A stretch of DNA of 64,000 nucleotides from Mobula hypostoma (Eukaryota), in the NCBI RefSeq assembly GCF_963921235.1, contig NC_086108.1, positions 50,594,001-50,658,000 of the forward strand. Reading direction: 5' to 3'. Of the stretch, positions 58,701 to 64,000 are shown piece after piece. The translations under genes and the position numbers were made by a program. The notes beneath the pieces were generated by a model that had not been told where the DNA came from, searched no databases, and saw only the letters and a program-made list of their open reading frames with translations. The first letter of the stretch is position 1. Each line of letters starts with the position of its first letter.

Positions 58701-61234
58701 GGACAAGCTTGGGTTGTTTTCTCTGGAGCAGCGGAGGCTGAGGGAAGACCTGGTAGAAGTTTGTAAGATTATGAGGCATAGATAGAGAAGACCGCCGGTA
58801 TCTTTTCCCCAGGGTTGAAATGTTTAAAACTACATAAATAAAGTTTTGATTGCAGATGGATTTTAATACAGTTAAGTGTGAGATTCTGACTCCTTTGCTT
58901 ATCAGGTGTTCATTGAAACATACAGAGAAATGCGGCATTTGTATTCACAGACAACACGGCCTGTGAACGTGCTTGAAGCAGCCCACGGGTGTCGCCATAC
59001 ATTCCAGCATTAACATACTATGCCCACAATCCTTAAAGGAACAACAAGCATCAAAAACAACAGCAATAGAAGCCCACGCACAACACGCTGGAGGAACTCA
59101 GCAGGTCGGGCAGCATCTGTGGAAACGAATAGTCAACGTTACGGGCCGAGACCCTTCGTCAGGACTAAGAGGGAGTGGGCAGGGGCCCAAGCCCTGTTCC
59201 TCTCTCACACCCACCCACGAACATATATCATTCCCCCATCCCCAGAACAGGCCATCTCCAGTTTCCAGCCTCCAGTGCAGAGGAAGCAAATATAACAGAA
59301 TCTAATTTTATAATTAATGAAGTACTTCTTTAGGAAGTGAAAGAAGAACAAATTTGCACTGATCTAGCACATCTTACTAAATCCCCTTTACAACTTCTGA
59401 TAGTGAAGTCACTGTCAGGAAATGTACAGGAGGCTTGACCCAAAGGCACATCAGCAGAGACAATTTAGCAGCAAGTGATGACCTTGATAATAAACTGCAA
59501 AAAATAAACAAGCCCTGAGGGGCCACATAACAAGCATGAAGTTACTGAGCTCACAGGCAGCAAGGTAACTGAAGGCTAGGAGCAGCTGGTTGGTTTGAGT
59601 GAGTCAAAAAGGATTGTGAATGAGACTGGGTTTAAATAGGCTGCAGGTGATGAGTTGGGTGGAGACTGGGAGGTACCTGCCTGTGCAGGCCTGACACCGT
59701 TCTCCTGAAGCAAGCACAAAGCTAATTTATTCAAAGTCTCAATAGCAGAAAATAATTATGTATTTAGATATTGTTTGTGAAAGAGGGATCTTGGCGCGAA
59801 TCCAGATTTTGCTTTTACTTGATTATTAGCATTTGATTTTTTACACTGCCTGAGAGGTAGATAGAATATCAGCTGAACAATTCATCTGGAAGGTGAACAT
59901 TAACAAGCTGCAACAACCTCTCATAACTGCATGGAAATGTAAACTTAGAAAATGTTTTAAATTCTGGATTGGACTTTGATCCAAAAAGCCAACAAGAATG
60001 GAGCCAACCTAGCACTGGAGCGAATCTGGAATTCCAGATAGATCAAGTTACAAAGGGGGAGCTGTGTGTGTTATAAACAGTGCTTTTTTAGCTGTGGTTT
60101 GTTCAAATTAACTACAGTGGTAAAACAAACATTATGGCAATTCCAAAGGAAAATAAATTTCAGGTCCAAGATTAGATCAGTCAGACCGGGATCCAGGGGC
60201 TGTACTACCCTCATAACTCCAAACCCTGTGTTTTTAAGTAGAAAGGCTAGGTTTACAATGGTTTAAACATGAAAACTCGAAAGGTGCAGTATTAGTTTAA
60301 TGGTATCCAGCTCTTGTTTGAAAGTAGCCTCTTAGTTGATGGTAACGGGTGGCATCAGGGGGTTGGAGGGTGGCACCAGAATGGTCATGATCTCCAACCC
60401 ACAGACACTGCAGTGATGGAGAACTTCTGCCATTACACTCCCAGTACACTTTGACAGCTCTGCTCACTAACTCAGCCAGACTTCAGCAGTACACAGTTCA
60501 GATTAGGTAAGTCAATGTTCCCCAGTCATTTTTTGTCAAGGTGGAGAAATATCATTTCTCATCGTTAGGAATCTAGCTCCGTTACTCAATTCATAAAGAC
60601 AAGCAACGCTCTATGCTACCTTAGTACATGGGGTGCAAATCCTGATCATAAACAGTTGAAGATTTCGCAATGCAGCTTGTAAGAGACACATAGTGTAATT
60701 GATGCAAGGTCACTTTATGCAGGTGTATCTCCAGCATTCTATAAATTTTTAGAAAGGAAATTCGCATTTTCCAAAACCCTCTTGTTTGGAATTCAAGGTT
60801 AGTGCTTTCTAAAGAATTAGAAGCCAGTTTCAACAACATCCCAACATTTGTTTAGCATTAGCCTAGCCATATTTTGATAAGAGCACAAAATTAGAGCCTG
60901 ACTATGGTTTCATTCTGTAATGGAACTTATAATATTGAAATATGGCATTAGTGAAAATGTTACTTACCAAGGCAAGAACCTGAATGGGCAAGGCACAGAA
61001 AACTATGGAGCTAATGCTGGTAAATGGGATTAATATGGATGGGTAATCTGGTCAGGATGGGGCGAAAGGCCTGATCTTCTGCTGTGCTGTGTGACTGTAC
61101 AAAACAAATGAATATGTTACTCTTATTCTTAGCAAACGGTTGCTGGGAGTCTTTACACAGTCTGGCCCATTATGACTCCAGATCTTTGTAATACCCTACC
61201 AGTTCATCTATATCCCAATGTTACTTTGCCAAGT

Positions 61235-63580
61235 GCCTTGAAACAATATGTAGATAAGCCTACAAGAGGAGAGGCTGTATTTGATCTGGTATTTAGAAAT
61301 GAACCTGGTCAGGTGTCAGATCTCTCAGTGGGAGAGCATTTTGGAGATAGTGATCACAATTCTATCTCCTTTACCATAGCATTGGAGAGGGATAGAAACA
61401 GACAAGTTAGGAAAGCATTTAATTGGAGTAAGGGGAAATATGAGGCTATCAGGCAGGAACTTGGAGGCATAAATTGGGAACAGATGTTCTCATAGAAATG
61501 TACCGAAGAAATGTGGCAAATGTTCAGGGGATATTTGCGTGAAGTTTTGCATAGGTACATTCCAATGAGACAGGGAAAAGATAGTAGTGTACAGGAACCA
61601 TAGTGTACAAAGGCTGTTGTAAATGTAGTCAAGAAGAAAAGAAGAGCTTACGAAAGGTCCAAAAAAACTAGGTAATGATAGAGATCTAGTGGATTATAAG
61701 ACTAATAAGAAGGAGCTTAAGAATGAAATTAGGAGAGACAGAAGGGGCCATGAGAAGGCCTTGGCGAGCAGGATTAAGGAAAACTGCAAGGCAGTCTACA
61801 AGTATGTGAAGAACAAGAGGATAAGATCTGAGAGAATAGGACCAATCAAGTGTGAGATTGGGAAAGTGTGTATGGAACCGGAGGAGATATCAGAGGTGCT
61901 TACTAAATACTTTGCTTCAGTATTCACTACGGAAAAGGATCTTGGCGATTTACAGTGGACTGAAAAGCTTGAGCATGTTGATATTAAGAAAGAGGATGTG
62001 CTGGAGCTTTTGGAAAGCATCAAGTTGGATAAGTCACCGGGACTGGACGAGATGTACCCCAGGCTACTGTGGGAAGCGAGGGATGAGATTGCTGAGCCTC
62101 TGGCGATGATCTTTGCATCATCAATAGGGATGGGAGAGGTCCTGGAGGATTAAAGGGTTGAGGATGTTGTTCCCGTATTCAAGGAAGGGAGTAGAGATAG
62201 CCCAGGAAAGTGAGTCTTACTTCAGTGATTGGTAAGTTGATGGAGAAGATCCTGACAGGCAGGATTTATGAACATTTGGGGAGGCATAATATGATTAGGA
62301 ATAGTCAGCATGGCTTTGTCAAAGGCAGGTCATGCCTTATGAGCCTGATTGAATTTTTTGAGGATGTGACTAAACACATTGATGAAGATAGAACAGTAAA
62401 TGTAGTGTACATGGATTTCAGCCAGGCATTTGTTAACGTACCCAATGCAAGGCTTATTGAGAAAGTAAGGAGGCATGGGATCCAAGGGGACGTTGTTTTG
62501 CAGATCCAGAACTGGCTTGCCCACAGAAGGCAAAGAATGGTTGTAGACGGGTCATGTTCTGCATGGAGGTCAGTGAGTACTGGTGTGTCTCAAGGATCTG
62601 TTCTGGGACCCCTTGCTCTTCGTGATTTTTATAAATGACCTGGATGAGGAAGTGGAGAGATGGATTAGTAAATTTGCTGATGACACAAAGGTTGGAGGTG
62701 TTGTGGATAGTGTGGAGGGCTGTCAGAGGTTACAGCGGGATATCGATAGGATGTAAAACTGGACCGAGAAGTGGAAGATGGAGTTCAATCCAGATAAGTG
62801 TGAGGTGGTTCATTTTGGTAGGTCAAATATGATGGCAGAATATAGTATTAATGGTCAGACTCTTGGCAGTGTGGAGGATCAGAGGGGTCTTGGGGTCTGA
62901 GTCCATAGGACACTCAGAGCTGCTGCGCAGGTTGACTGTGTGGTTAAGAGGCATATGGTGCATTGGCCTTCATCAATCGTGGGATTGAGTTTAAGAGCAG
63001 AGGGGTAATGATGCAGCTAAATAGGATCCTGGTCATATCCCACTTGGAGCACTGTACTCAGTTCTGGTCGCTTCACTACAGGAAGGATGTGGAAACCATA
63101 GAAAGGGCGCAGAGGAGATTTACAAGGATGTTGCCTGGATTGGGGAGCATGCCTTATAAGAATAGATTGAATGAACTCGGCCTTTTCTCCTTGGAATGAC
63201 GGAGGATGAGGGTGACCTGATAGAGATGTACAAGATGATGAGAAGCAATAATCATATGGATAGTCAGAGGCTTTTTCCCAGAGCTGAGGTGGCTCGCACG
63301 AGAGGGCACAGTTTTAAGGTGCTTGGAAGTCGATACAGAGAAGATGTCAGGGGTAAGCTTTTTTCTCAGAGTGGTGAGTGCGTGGAATGGGCTGCCGGCG
63401 ACGGTGGTGGAGGCGGATACAACAGAGCCTTTTAAGATACACCTGGATAGGTACATGGATCTTAGAAAAATAGAGGGCTATGGCTAATCCTAGGTAATTT
63501 CTAAGGGAAGGACATGTTCGGCACAGCTTTGTGGGCCGAAAGGCCTGTATTTTGCTGTAGGTATTCTCTGTTTTTATGTT
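61235..63580 (+). mobile_element. Degenerate CR1 LINE (end of endonuclease, RT, 3' UTR)
   Basis: GDSDHNS, SPGLD.MYPR, SQHGF, QGSVLGP, FADD; multiple stops and frameshifts. Confidence 0.92.
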
Positions 63581-64000
63581 TTATCTGTGCCCATTGGTAT
63601 TGATATTTCCCTGCTAATAAGCGTTTCTCCTGTACTGCTCTATCACAGTCTATCATGATATCGGAATAATGCTAAATTTACAACTAACGTCAGCACACCA
63701 AGAATGAACAAAATACAAGTCTTTGTGTTTTCATTTGGAATTTTCCACAGGCTATTGCAATCTGTAAATCGTATATTAAATTCTTAAATTTATTTTACCT
63801 TTATTCTGGTCTGCTTTATGATAAAACCCCTAATTCCTGGATATCCGTTATTGCTTAGAATATCCATTCTAATCCATGCACATGTGCTACACCAGAAGAA
63901 AGAAACATTCCAAAACTTTGTAAATTATTTTGGATTTTTTAATCCTTGAAACAGAATGGCATCAATTAGATGCAGCAAATAAAGGAAATCACAGACCTCA

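Noticed and set aside
59300..61200. Exons of neighbouring genes (pdc, pla2g4a) in unique-looking DNA
   Set aside because: I found no recognisable peptide motifs or convincing spliced frames by eye.

Overview
Vertebrate genomic DNA, most likely from a cartilaginous fish (inferred from the repeat families: HE1/V-SINE-like SINEs, dense CR1, Penelope and Rex elements). The only host gene I can support is a complete, intact 10-exon prostaglandin-endoperoxide synthase 2 (ptgs2/COX-2) on the + strand. Its CDS runs 34147-40278 (1845 nt, 614 aa), all nine introns are GT-AG, and the internal exon sizes match those of mammalian PTGS2. Most of the remaining sequence is nested transposable elements: several CR1 LINE subfamilies (including three near-identical young copies), Rex1/Babar LINEs, Penelope-like fragments carrying minimal hammerhead-ribozyme motifs, three solo LTRs, Tc1/mariner and hAT derivatives, and tRNA-headed and tRNA-less SINE-like elements. 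The most notable observations are: (1) a young CR1 whose 5' end and RT 3' region carry reciprocal templated copies of each other; (2) about 12 Penelope-associated minimal hammerhead motifs, one with a fully intact core and a 14-bp TSD; (3) young CR1 copies bracketing ptgs2 as long inverted and direct repeats; (4) a four-TIR Tc1 MITE in the ptgs2 3' UTR ahead of a distal AU-rich element; (5) a photoreceptor-type motif cluster at the right edge, possibly regulating the expected neighbour pdc. I found no evidence of a wholly novel gene system. Coordinates of old, degenerate repeats are approximate.
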